A stretch of 64,000 nt of DNA from a virus (lineage: Duplodnaviria > Caudoviricetes). The stretch spans positions 6,530 to 70,529 of IMG/VR virus record IMGVR_UViG_3300031965_000015; one strand, written 5' to 3'. This document shows positions 55,380-64,000 of the stretch, piece by piece (position 1 is the first letter of the stretch; each line of letters starts with the position of its first letter). The notes beneath the pieces are model-generated. The model searched no databases and was not told the origin of the DNA. It saw only the letters and a program-made list of their open reading frames with translations. The position numbers were made by a program, and so were the translations under genes.

Positions 55380-58300
55380 TATGGTGTTGTATAATAAATT
55401 CTTAACGTTGTTATTTGTGATACTGAGGCAAATGCGAAATCATAAGGTCGTCTCTGGATATTAGAAGCTGAACCATTGTCGTCTATTCTAAATCCTATTG
55501 CTTCATTACTAAACCCAGCGTAACTGTCAAGAACTTCCTGTACTATATCCTTTAAATCAATAGGTATTCTGTATCCCGTATTACTTGACCACGTCTCGGT
55601 TATTGTTCCTGTCTCTACAGCCGTTGTTAATGCTCTGCCTTCTGCTTGTGAATATCCTGCCGTTCCTGAAGAAAATGTTAAAACATTAGCGGTATCTAAT
55701 CCTTGTATTGATAGAGGCACATTACCGGAACGGGTATTATAGCTTGTCATATCAACCCACGCACCAGTAATCGTTGCTCCTGCGGGTATAGTTATTCCCG
55801 TAAATCTTAAAAATAAAGTTGTAGCAACAGAAAGACTTGTAGCATTTCCAAGATAGACGTGTTCCAATGTTCCTGTATACATAGACGTACCATTATGCCA
55901 CGCATCGTCAGAACCTTGGCTGATAGAAACTACTACAGAGTCACTTCCCGATACCTGTCCTAATGTTTCAGATACCTCTGCACTTCTTACATAGGCTGTA
56001 TCGTTATTTAACGATACTCTGAAGTAATGCGTATCTTCCGTCAAAGGATTGAATGTAATAGTAAACGCTACATTACTGGAGTCACTTAATGGGCTTACAT
56101 CTGCTGCTACAGAATCAGTATAAGTATCAGGCGAAGTACCATGTAAACCATAAATAGTGGTTGTTATACCTTTAACATTTACTGTACCCGATAGTTCAAT
56201 TGTAGCAATATCTAAAGCAGTTATAGTAACGTCACTTGTATCATCAATAAATACAGGAGTATAATTAGGGTTTGCACTCAATGAACTAAATGCTCCTATT
56301 GTTGGGTTACCTGAGCTTCTTACATTACCGTTGAAATCAGCTAAGTGTCCATTGCCTAATAAAGTTACAGATGTTCCTGCATTTATTGCAGGAGAGGTTG
56401 GTAGTATATTCAATCCCAATCCTGTTGTTGTTGATGAGTCTTGAAATAAAGGATTCGCTACAATATCATTAACCCCTGTTGTATAGCTCTGAGAATTATA
56501 ATTAGTATTACCAAAGGTTAAGTTATAATTATAAGCAGAACCATCATCGGCTCCTCCCTGATATAAACCAATTACTCCAAAAGCTACTATATTATTTTTA
56601 ACAACAACATTATTCTGTCCGGATGGTCTTATTCCCGCTCCACAATTAAAAATAGTATTAAAAACAATTTTATTATCAATGCTTCTTGAACCGATAGGTG
56701 CATAAATTCCAACTTGGGAATCAAAAATAATATTGTTATATATTTCACACCGTTTGGCTGCGTAAATATTTATCCCGGCTGCTGCATCAATAGTGTTATC
56801 CAAAGCATTATAAATAATATTATTCCTCACAATTACACTATCGCACTCCCATTCAGTAACAACACCCGGAGGAGTAATCGTTCCGTTTTCAATGGGTATA
56901 TCTAAAATAATTCCGTGTCCATCTCCGGTCTTACCGGTTCCAAAATTACTGATAATATTGTTCTCAATAATTACATTATCCCATCCGTGAGTCTGTATTA
57001 CATTAACACCGTTCAAGCTTGATGTAGGTATTGTTGAGGTTGTAAATTGTCCGTTCTGAAGAAATCCAACCGAATCTATGATGTTACCGGATATTATACT
57101 TTTATCTGCAAGTCCGTATCTCCAACTCATAGCAGTTATACCTATTGCCTCTGCTTCAATATTATCGAAAGCATTATCTGATATGGTAAAATTGTAAAAA
57201 CCTACTTTTGCCGGATGAAGGAAGTCAGGGTCACGATAAGCATTTACACCAAAGGTCATCCCATCAAACCTGTTATCTGTAATAGTTACATCTCTTGCAA
57301 CACCTTCCTGCCCAAAAGTTGTTCCTGCTGTACCCGTACCAAGTTGATGAATGGCTGCATCTGAAGACCTCCAAAAGAAGAAATCAATAGCTCTCGCTGC
57401 ACCCCATCCATCTGTAGTTGGGGCTCCGTCTAAATCATAGAAATAGTTATTTGTAAAAGTTAAATTATGTGCATCATTATGACTGTTATTATAATTAAGA
57501 ACAACCATTATTTGTATTCTGTTATTGCCCGTAAAATTACAACTGTCCACAGTCAAATAAGCGGGGTCAAGTGCAAGTATAGTACCTCCTCTTAAATTAT
57601 AGGTTTGTAGATTTGTACCATAAGTATCAAAGTCACAATTATTTATTTCAATGTTCTGGCATCTTTGCCCCAACCAGATTGTCCCTGTATTATAATTACC
57701 GGATGTATTCCAGACTAAATCCTGTAAATTAAGATTCTCAAAAGTTACGTATTCTACCCCGGCAGAAACATTTATAATTTTATTTAAAAGATTATTCGCT
57801 GTTAAAATTGGTTTGTTACCCGTACCATAAGAAGTAACCACTAAAGACTGGGTGGGTATTCCTCCCTGAGTGATGTTCAGTTGTTCTCCTGTCCACGTTC
57901 CGCCTCTTGCAAAAGCAATGTAAGGCACTCCTAACGTACTTCTGTTTGCCTGAGCAATAGCCCAAGCTCTTGCCATTGTCTCTACGGCACTTGAAGGTGA
58001 ATCACCCAAAAAATTATCATTCCCGTTTGGTGAAACATAAATAACGTTATTATATGCTATAGCAGGGTCTTGAGTAAATGCACCTGCTATATTGGAATAA
58101 ACTGAAGCCACACTATCCGGTGACCAGTTTCTTATCCTATAATTATATAATGTTGAAGCTGTCAATCCCGAATCATTATAGCTTGTCTCACTTGCAGAGA
58201 TCACATCTATTGCACTAAAAGCACCCGTACTTCCTGTTCTTCGTTCAATCTCAACCCATTGTAATGGCGTTTCACTTATTTGTGACCACGCTAAGCCTAT

Positions 58301-59335
58301 TTCCAAAGGGTCTGTTGAAGTAGTTGCTACTAAATTAGAAGGAGGATTAGGAATTATTATATCATCAGTTGTATCTGCTGTTGTGAAAAATACGGGAGGA
58401 GTAAAAGGAGAAAAATTACTATCACTTAATGAACGGAACACAAACGAATAAGTTGTGTTGCCTATTAAGCCAGAAAATATAAATGTAATCCTCGGAGGGT
58501 CATTAGTAGTAACCTGAGTGTCTATGGCAGTATACTCGGTTGCACTTATCTGACTTTCAACTCTTTGGTAGCTTATGACACTATCAGCATATTGATTTGC
58601 CTGTATGGTAATGGAAACATACGGTGTATCATTATCGGCAAAACCGGAAATATAGTCTGGTGCGATTAAAACAGAGTCCTCGCCTGATGTCTGAATAATA
58701 AGCTCATCTACAATCAATCTTAATGTATCTACCCTTAAATTAACTTGTTCAATTAACCAGTAAACAGAATCTAAATCCGTGCTGCCAGGGTCTACTTGTC
58801 CCGTAAGATTTACTATAGCAATTTTCCGCCAATATACTTCATCTCCGCCTCCCGGTGGTGAATTAGTATTCGTACCAAGACATATCCAGGTACTATTATT
58901 ATATTCTATTACATCGTGAATAAGATATGTAGAATCAGCACTCCACGTACCTCTGCCTCTGGTACGTGTATTTATATCTGCAAGATGAATTTCAAGAGAA
59001 TCTTCAACTCTTACAAGTGAATCACCTATCATTGTAGGAGTATTTCTTATAGTCCAATTCCCGGATATTGATAATAAACCATCGCCATCTACTAAAGGTG
59101 GTTCATATTCGTTTATTTCTTGTAACCTGTCAAAAGGTAGAATAAAAGCAGTGAGTGAATCGCTTACTATATCACCCACTTCAGACGAATCTAAGCCGGA
59201 ACCAACAGCACCAAAAGCTCCCGTTCTTGTACTGTCCTGAAAATCTACCATCCCTCTTATTTGATCTGATCTTATATTCTGTGAATAAGAATATCCAGTT
59301 AATAATATTAATGCAAGAAGTATTTTATTTATCAT
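55379..59335 (-). CDS. Tailspike/depolymerase-like protein: signal peptide, CBM5/12-like, FN3, right-handed beta-helix, C-terminal beta-sandwich
   Basis: RGTWSADSTY..DVIEYN; PNPPSNLVA..YNDSGLTASTLYNYRI; IYVSPNGND; repeated NNI(I)YN; LRFTGITIPAGATI. Confidence 0.78.
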   Translation of the reverse strand: MINKILLALILLTGYSYSQNIRSDQIRGMVDFQDSTRTGAFGAVGSGLDSSEVGDIVSDSLTAFILPFDRLQEINEYEPPLVDGDGLLSISGNWTIRNTPTMIGDSLVRVEDSLEIHLADINTRTRGRGTWSADSTYLIHDVIEYNNSTWICLGTNTNSPPGGGDEVYWRKIAIVNLTGQVDPGSTDLDSVYWLIEQVNLRVDTLRLIVDELIIQTSGEDSVLIAPDYISGFADNDTPYVSITIQANQYADSVISYQRVESQISATEYTAIDTQVTTNDPPRITFIFSGLIGNTTYSFVFRSLSDSNFSPFTPPVFFTTADTTDDIIIPNPPSNLVATTSTDPLEIGLAWSQISETPLQWVEIERRTGSTGAFSAIDVISASETSYNDSGLTASTLYNYRIRNWSPDSVASVYSNIAGAFTQDPAIAYNNVIYVSPNGNDNFLGDSPSSAVETMARAWAIAQANRSTLGVPYIAFARGGTWTGEQLNITQGGIPTQSLVVTSYGTGNKPILTANNLLNKIINVSAGVEYVTFENLNLQDLVWNTSGNYNTGTIWLGQRCQNIEINNCDFDTYGTNLQTYNLRGGTILALDPAYLTVDSCNFTGNNRIQIMVVLNYNNSHNDAHNLTFTNNYFYDLDGAPTTDGWGAARAIDFFFWRSSDAAIHQLGTGTAGTTFGQEGVARDVTITDNRFDGMTFGVNAYRDPDFLHPAKVGFYNFTISDNAFDNIEAEAIGITAMSWRYGLADKSIISGNIIDSVGFLQNGQFTTSTIPTSSLNGVNVIQTHGWDNVIIENNIISNFGTGKTGDGHGIILDIPIENGTITPPGVVTEWECDSVIVRNNIIYNALDNTIDAAAGINIYAAKRCEIYNNIIFDSQVGIYAPIGSRSIDNKIVFNTIFNCGAGIRPSGQNNVVVKNNIVAFGVIGLYQGGADDGSAYNYNLTFGNTNYNSQSYTTGVNDIVANPLFQDSSTTTGLGLNILPTSPAINAGTSVTLLGNGHLADFNGNVRSSGNPTIGAFSSLSANPNYTPVFIDDTSDVTITALDIATIELSGTVNVKGITTTIYGLHGTSPDTYTDSVAADVSPLSDSSNVAFTITFNPLTEDTHYFRVSLNNDTAYVRSAEVSETLGQVSGSDSVVVSISQGSDDAWHNGTSMYTGTLEHVYLGNATSLSVATTLFLRFTGITIPAGATITGAWVDMTSYNTRSGNVPLSIQGLDTANVLTFSSGTAGYSQAEGRALTTAVETGTITETWSSNTGYRIPIDLKDIVQEVLDSYAGFSNEAIGFRIDDNGSASNIQRRPYDFAFASVSQITTLRIYYTTP

Positions 59336-60198
59336 CGTGCCGACCTCGCCAGTTCATACCATAAATCGTCTGATGAATCATAATAAAGTGTTATTGAATC
59401 TCCATTACCCATTGCGAAGTCTATGCTCCCTTCTAATAATATTTCTGTGTTATGCTTAATTGTAAACACATCTTGGACATCATTTGCAATAATCAGTGTT
59501 ATTGTCTGCCCGTCTGCAGCACTTGTAAAATCTGTTACCTCCGGTGTCTCTACTCCATTATCAATTATACTTACTTTCCTGTATGCACTTACATCTACTG
59601 TCTGGCTTCCTGATGCCCAGGGAGAGATTTCTAAGGCGGGATATTTAACTGTATAAAAAGAATTATCCCCTGTAAATGAATTATCTCCGGTAATTGTATT
59701 GTTCCCTGCTGTGCTTACTTTTGAATCAATAGAATCTTTTATTAGTGAATGAGTAATCCCGTCAATTGTTTGCCCTGAACTAAAAGTAATATCTCCCGTC
59801 ATTGTCCCGCCATACTTGGCTAATTTTGTATCAATAGAATCTTTTACAAGTGTATGGACTATCCCGTCAATGGTTAAAGCTGGAGAGAATTTTGTCTGCA
59901 GCAAGGTTTCGTTCTGAATATCTGTCCCTGATATGCCTAAATTTTTAACATCGTTACTGTCAATGGTTTCATCAAGGATTTCTATTGTGGTTATGATTCC
60001 AGTTCCGAGTGTTGCGAATAAAGAATCCTGGAGTAGTTGCATCGTAGCTTTATGAGAGTGCCAAGCTCCTGCATAATATTGTGATACTAAAAATAAAGTT
60101 GTGGATGGTAAAGAATCTGTTGCCGTCTGATTGCTTATCTGTGCTTTCGTCTGGGACGAAATAATTAAGAGAATAAAAAATAAAATTACTTTTTTCAT
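59332..60198 (-). CDS. Proximal tail fibre-like protein with signal peptide
   Basis: MKKVILFFILLIISSQTKA|QI; KYGGTMTGDITF; IDGIxHxLxKDSID repeats. Confidence 0.65.
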   Translation of the reverse strand: MKKVILFFILLIISSQTKAQISNQTATDSLPSTTLFLVSQYYAGAWHSHKATMQLLQDSLFATLGTGIITTIEILDETIDSNDVKNLGISGTDIQNETLLQTKFSPALTIDGIVHTLVKDSIDTKLAKYGGTMTGDITFSSGQTIDGITHSLIKDSIDSKVSTAGNNTITGDNSFTGDNSFYTVKYPALEISPWASGSQTVDVSAYRKVSIIDNGVETPEVTDFTSAADGQTITLIIANDVQDVFTIKHNTEILLEGSIDFAMGNGDSITLYYDSSDDLWYELARSAR

Positions 60199-62685
60199 TT
60201 ATGTGCCTTCATATGGGATTTTGGTTGTTCCGCCTTCTTCATATATGTAATCGCTCCAGTCTTCATTGGTTAAATATTTATTGTAATCAATCTCTGCATC
60301 TATCGAATAAATATTCCCCAGTGTGTCCATAAAGAATAATCTTGCACTATAGCCTATCCTGTAAATAAGAGGAAAGATATATTTTGCTTCTTCGATTGGT
60401 TCTTTTCCTACAAATAAAAATTCCTGTTTTGTTGTCTCGTTGTAAATTCTTAACCTGTAAGTGTTGTATTTGTCTCTTACTGCGTGAAGGTCTGATTTCC
60501 CTACAATGGCTAAATATAAATCCCTGATTGTATCTTTGAGTATTCCTACTGCCCTGAATCCGTTCAGGTCCAGATAATAAATATCATCACTCCCGCACCA
60601 TCTTATAAATCCGCCTGTGTTTACTATGCTCTCTCTTGATAAACAATTAACCCCGAATATTGGTTCTCTTGTAAATGCGTTTGTATGAGGGTCAATGCTC
60701 TCTACTGATTTATCTTTTAATACAAGAAGATCTCCGTTAGGCAGGAATTCCATTCCTACTGCTTTTGAATTATCAAACCTTTCTAATTCCCTGTAATTAC
60801 TGAAAGTTGATATATCGTACATAAAAGCACCTGCCCCGCTTAAATGAGAAACAAGTATATAGTTCTCATATCTTTTATCTACATAAGGGTTTAAATAGTA
60901 TGCCCTGCCTCTGTAAGTTTTCGCCTGATCCCATCCTTTGACAACATTAAACGAAGGTTGGTAACCCATATTGTCTTTCATTTCTGCACCATCAACCGTG
61001 TCGGGTGTAAATGCAAATCTTGTTTTTATTGATACGAGATCAGCCCAGAAATATGCTCCCCCAGTATGAACGTGCCTTATCTCAAGACTTAATGGATCAT
61101 CACCACTATTTAATTGCATGGTATATTTTGTGAAAGTGCCACTAATAGTAAATACTTTTATTTCTCCATATGTGGTAGCCCCCCTGAAATTAACATAGAT
61201 TAACCCACCACCCTTCAAATAAACATCAACTGTATAAAGCGTGTTGCTTCTCAGCCCAGTAATAGGATATTTTATACCCGATACTGTCCCCGAATAAGAT
61301 GTTACAGATGCTTCGCCATACTTTAATGAGTAAGTCCCGCCTGCTGCAAATGTATTGTCTGATGATAATGCACCATGTATAGAATGAGTTACTTCCCATC
61401 CTGTTGTTGCATTGGCTTCACTTGCTATGCTTGCTGCATTTGAATCTGTATGCAGTTCAATAGACGAATCAAAATATAATCTTCCGTTTTCATCAATCTT
61501 CCATTGGTTTTTACTCCCTGATTCGTTCAGGTAAACATCGTATTCATTAATCTTATAGAACACACTATTATCTTCTGATTTATATAAAATCAGTTTTGTA
61601 ATTCTTGGGTTAATCTTGGCAAGGTTTATATATGGATATGCTTCAACATCCTGACTGCCGTCAACCTGAATTAAGTTCTCTGCTACTAATTGCTCTGCAT
61701 AACCGTCTATCAAACCTGTCAGCCTGAAATAATAAGTCCCTGCGGTTAGTGTGCCTGTTACCGGGAGTAAATCTATTCCATAAGCACCGGATGTTCTTAG
61801 AAAACTTAAATCAAGTATTATACCGTCTGTCTCTGAAAATGCCGTTATTGCTGCTGCATCTAAATCAGCATGGACACTTGCAAAATCAATATTATCCAAT
61901 AGTAAAAATCTATTCCTGTACCCAACTGCCAGTCCCGGTCTGTTATCCTCTCCTCCAAATCCAATTCTTAAATCTTTAATTATTTTATGGAATACTACAT
62001 CGTTCCATTCTGCATTATAAAGCTCAGCCATATATGCAGTCTCAATCCAGTTTTTTGTGATGATCACTACATCGTTTATGCTCCATAAACTATTATAATA
62101 AGTGTGATTGATTCTTAGTTCTCCTGCATCAACCTTGCACGTAATTATTTTGGCATACTGATCTTTAGTTTTGTTATAAATTGTATATCCTATTAAGGAA
62201 TCATCCCCCAGTCCATGTGCAGAATCTCCGAATATTTTAATTACATTTGTATATGGTGCTGAAGCACTACCAGTAAGTTTTGTAATGATTGTTTTGTTTA
62301 TCCATTCCCACTGTCCGACATAAGGTCTAACCCAAACCTGAATCATTTTTTGTGTATCGGCTACGCTTGATCCGCTTAATGCTGATAATGTTCCTTTACC
62401 TATTAAGCAGAACATTTCTCCATCTACATTTGCATTTGTATCGAAGAATAAATCAAAGTTTAAATATGATGGGCTTCCTATTGTTGAAAATAAAACATCA
62501 TCATCTGCATCTGGTGTAGCATATCTTAAAGTATATCCGGGACGAAGTACCATCTTGCCCGGCTTTTCGTGAGCATGTAAGTTCAGTATTCTCCTTGCGG
62601 TTTTTCTACCGGGGTTCTTTACGTTACTCGACATTCCGAGGGCTTCGCTAAAATCTATTCCTATCCAGTCCTGTTTGGGTGGCAT
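60199..62685 (-). CDS. Tail nozzle/stabilisation protein (P22 gp10-like) with inserted beta-sandwich
   Basis: 828 aa following the adaptor; N-terminal NLHAHEKPGKMVLRPGY; C-terminal beta-propeller-like repeats. Confidence 0.65.
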   Translation of the reverse strand: MPPKQDWIGIDFSEALGMSSNVKNPGRKTARRILNLHAHEKPGKMVLRPGYTLRYATPDADDDVLFSTIGSPSYLNFDLFFDTNANVDGEMFCLIGKGTLSALSGSSVADTQKMIQVWVRPYVGQWEWINKTIITKLTGSASAPYTNVIKIFGDSAHGLGDDSLIGYTIYNKTKDQYAKIITCKVDAGELRINHTYYNSLWSINDVVIITKNWIETAYMAELYNAEWNDVVFHKIIKDLRIGFGGEDNRPGLAVGYRNRFLLLDNIDFASVHADLDAAAITAFSETDGIILDLSFLRTSGAYGIDLLPVTGTLTAGTYYFRLTGLIDGYAEQLVAENLIQVDGSQDVEAYPYINLAKINPRITKLILYKSEDNSVFYKINEYDVYLNESGSKNQWKIDENGRLYFDSSIELHTDSNAASIASEANATTGWEVTHSIHGALSSDNTFAAGGTYSLKYGEASVTSYSGTVSGIKYPITGLRSNTLYTVDVYLKGGGLIYVNFRGATTYGEIKVFTISGTFTKYTMQLNSGDDPLSLEIRHVHTGGAYFWADLVSIKTRFAFTPDTVDGAEMKDNMGYQPSFNVVKGWDQAKTYRGRAYYLNPYVDKRYENYILVSHLSGAGAFMYDISTFSNYRELERFDNSKAVGMEFLPNGDLLVLKDKSVESIDPHTNAFTREPIFGVNCLSRESIVNTGGFIRWCGSDDIYYLDLNGFRAVGILKDTIRDLYLAIVGKSDLHAVRDKYNTYRLRIYNETTKQEFLFVGKEPIEEAKYIFPLIYRIGYSARLFFMDTLGNIYSIDAEIDYNKYLTNEDWSDYIYEEGGTTKIPYEGT

Positions 62686-63593
62686 CAGGTTCCTTTAACT
62701 CCTTGATTCTTCCCTTCAATTATTGCTCTCTCTGCAAGTATTTTATCTCTTACATCTTTTGATTTTGAAGTGATAAGGTTTGTTAATGCTTCTGGGGCTG
62801 TCTTGCCTAAATGTTCTAAACAATAATTCTTTGCCATTGCTATATATAGATCAGCATAATTGTCTCTCATATCCAGATATTCATCATCGTTAGCACTCCC
62901 CACAACTCTTTGTGGGTAACTATTATAAAACATTGTAAGTGTCCCTGCGTTGGTTACATCTGTGCCTATATAAATAAATAAATATTGTCCGTGCTTGAAA
63001 AAATAAATCTTATTCTGTTTCTCAACATACCTGTGGAGATTATCAAAATTCTTGTCTCCTACTTTTACTATTTCATTCACTGTTGAAGATTTTAGCTTTG
63101 TAATGTTTGCAATTTTATAAGTAGATAAATCTATTGTTGTTGATGTGTGTGCGGGTAATACTGCAAAGGTAATGGATGCGTTTGCACCAAATGATTGTTT
63201 GGTTACAAAATTATCTACATCTGTTATTGATTCAATCCAGGATACCCCTGCCCTCGATGCCGACCACATTGGGATTCTTTTGCCTATGTCTGCACTTGTA
63301 TATCCGTGTGCTGTTTTGTTTACGGTTCTTGTTGCATGGATGTAAGTCGCCCCAGTTATTAAAGTGGTTGACGTACTCCCTCCTGCATCTGTAACATCTG
63401 CTGATTTCCCGTAATCGTCACTCCCAGCGCCTGAAAGAATTTCTGCTACTGCAAGTATGGCAAGGTTGATGAACCCATCAAGTAAATCAGGATCAAGTTC
63501 CTGCTGATTCTCTGCTTTTAACCATTGAGAAATTAATCCCCTTACCATTTTAAGGGTGTATATTTTACCTAAAGGTTGTGTCGGTGCTGGCAT
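62685..63593 (-). CDS. Head-tail adaptor / tail tubular protein
   Basis: N-terminal helix LDGFINLAI, C-terminal YADLYIAMAKNYCL; position. Confidence 0.6.
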   Translation of the reverse strand: MPAPTQPLGKIYTLKMVRGLISQWLKAENQQELDPDLLDGFINLAILAVAEILSGAGSDDYGKSADVTDAGGSTSTTLITGATYIHATRTVNKTAHGYTSADIGKRIPMWSASRAGVSWIESITDVDNFVTKQSFGANASITFAVLPAHTSTTIDLSTYKIANITKLKSSTVNEIVKVGDKNFDNLHRYVEKQNKIYFFKHGQYLFIYIGTDVTNAGTLTMFYNSYPQRVVGSANDDEYLDMRDNYADLYIAMAKNYCLEHLGKTAPEALTNLITSKSKDVRDKILAERAIIEGKNQGVKGT

Positions 63594-63609
63594 AATTAAA
63601 TTCCTTCTT

Positions 63610-64000
63610 TTAAGAAGTCATATTGGCTTCTTGTAAATAAATGTTATATCCAATGTCTGATATGGTTTCATTCCATTGATCCGTAAAGGGCGAATCATAA
63701 CTTCCATTCTGCGTGAGGAACGCCCCTGTTTCGGGGTCAAGTGGAAGCCTTATATACTGGAGTGTTGCACCATAAGTCTGCGTAGCAGGAAACATATAAA
63801 GCCTGTCGTTCATCTGAATAATTGCGGGCTTTGCTGATGTCGGGGTATATTCATCGTAAGTCTCCCCCCTGTATAAAGCATATTTGCTTTCATCTTTTAA
63901 TTTTATAAATCCATTGCCGGAAGAAAGGTTTCCACTATATATCTTAAAAAAATCTTTATATGGCGAAGAAATTACATAGCCTCCTGTATCAATATTTATT
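63610..64000 (-). CDS. Adaptor-like virion protein (partial; frame open to the right edge)
   Basis: Manual translation shows no stop upstream of 63813; QYIRLP...WNETISDI. Confidence 0.55.
   Translation of the reverse strand, partial: INIDTGGYVISSPYKDFFKIYSGNLSSGNGFIKLKDESKYALYRGETYDEYTPTSAKPAIIQMNDRLYMFPATQTYGATLQYIRLPLDPETGAFLTQNGSYDSPFTDQWNETISDIGYNIYLQEANMTS

Larger units (their letters stand above)
1..64000 (-). mobile_element. Tailed phage/prophage genome segment (podovirus-like, temperate-type immunity region)
   Basis: Terminase small and large subunits, portal, tail adaptor/nozzle, ejection proteins, lysis genes, NinG, Gp157, phage replication initiator and divergent HTH regulators; dense co-oriented short ORFs with ATGA overlaps. 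Confidence 0.95.

Noticed and set aside
53840-60198. Diversity-generating retroelement targeting the fibre genes
   Set aside because: No reverse transcriptase and no template/variable repeat pair differing at adenines was seen in the window.
1-64000. Genome-wide TAG (amber) recoding suggested by the interrupted MTase
   Set aside because: Large genes (terL, portal, the 3805-aa protein, tail genes) are intact in the standard code, and several genes end cleanly at TAG just before the next gene. Only one clear internal TAG was found.

Overview
AT-rich segment of a tailed dsDNA phage or prophage genome, almost entirely coded on the minus strand. The host is probably an FCB-group bacterium (Ignavibacteria/Bacteroidota-like), inferred from Sec signal peptides followed by Gln. 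The layout looks circularly permuted. The left part holds terS-terL-portal followed by accessory genes. The middle holds nin-like, replication, methyltransferase, recombination and immunity regions. The right part holds podovirus-type tail, lysis and ejection genes, including a 3805-aa ejection protein fused to an N6-MTase and a Strawberry-notch helicase. No major capsid gene, integrase, CRISPR array or reverse transcriptase is visible in the window. The standout feature is an integrase-less array of integron-type attC cassettes (20400-23807), with a solo cassette at about 28.3 kb and a half-site at about 33.1 kb. Its genes are antisense to the attC sites: they start inside very long attC terminal loops and stop at the TAA within the GTTA crossover box. 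Other notable features are tail/fibre proteins carrying Sec signal peptides, a tRNA-like four-way-junction RNA, an HNH insertion that left duplicated MTase C-termini, and a short-repeat-shuffled early region. All family calls are from motif recognition by eye; no database searches were run.
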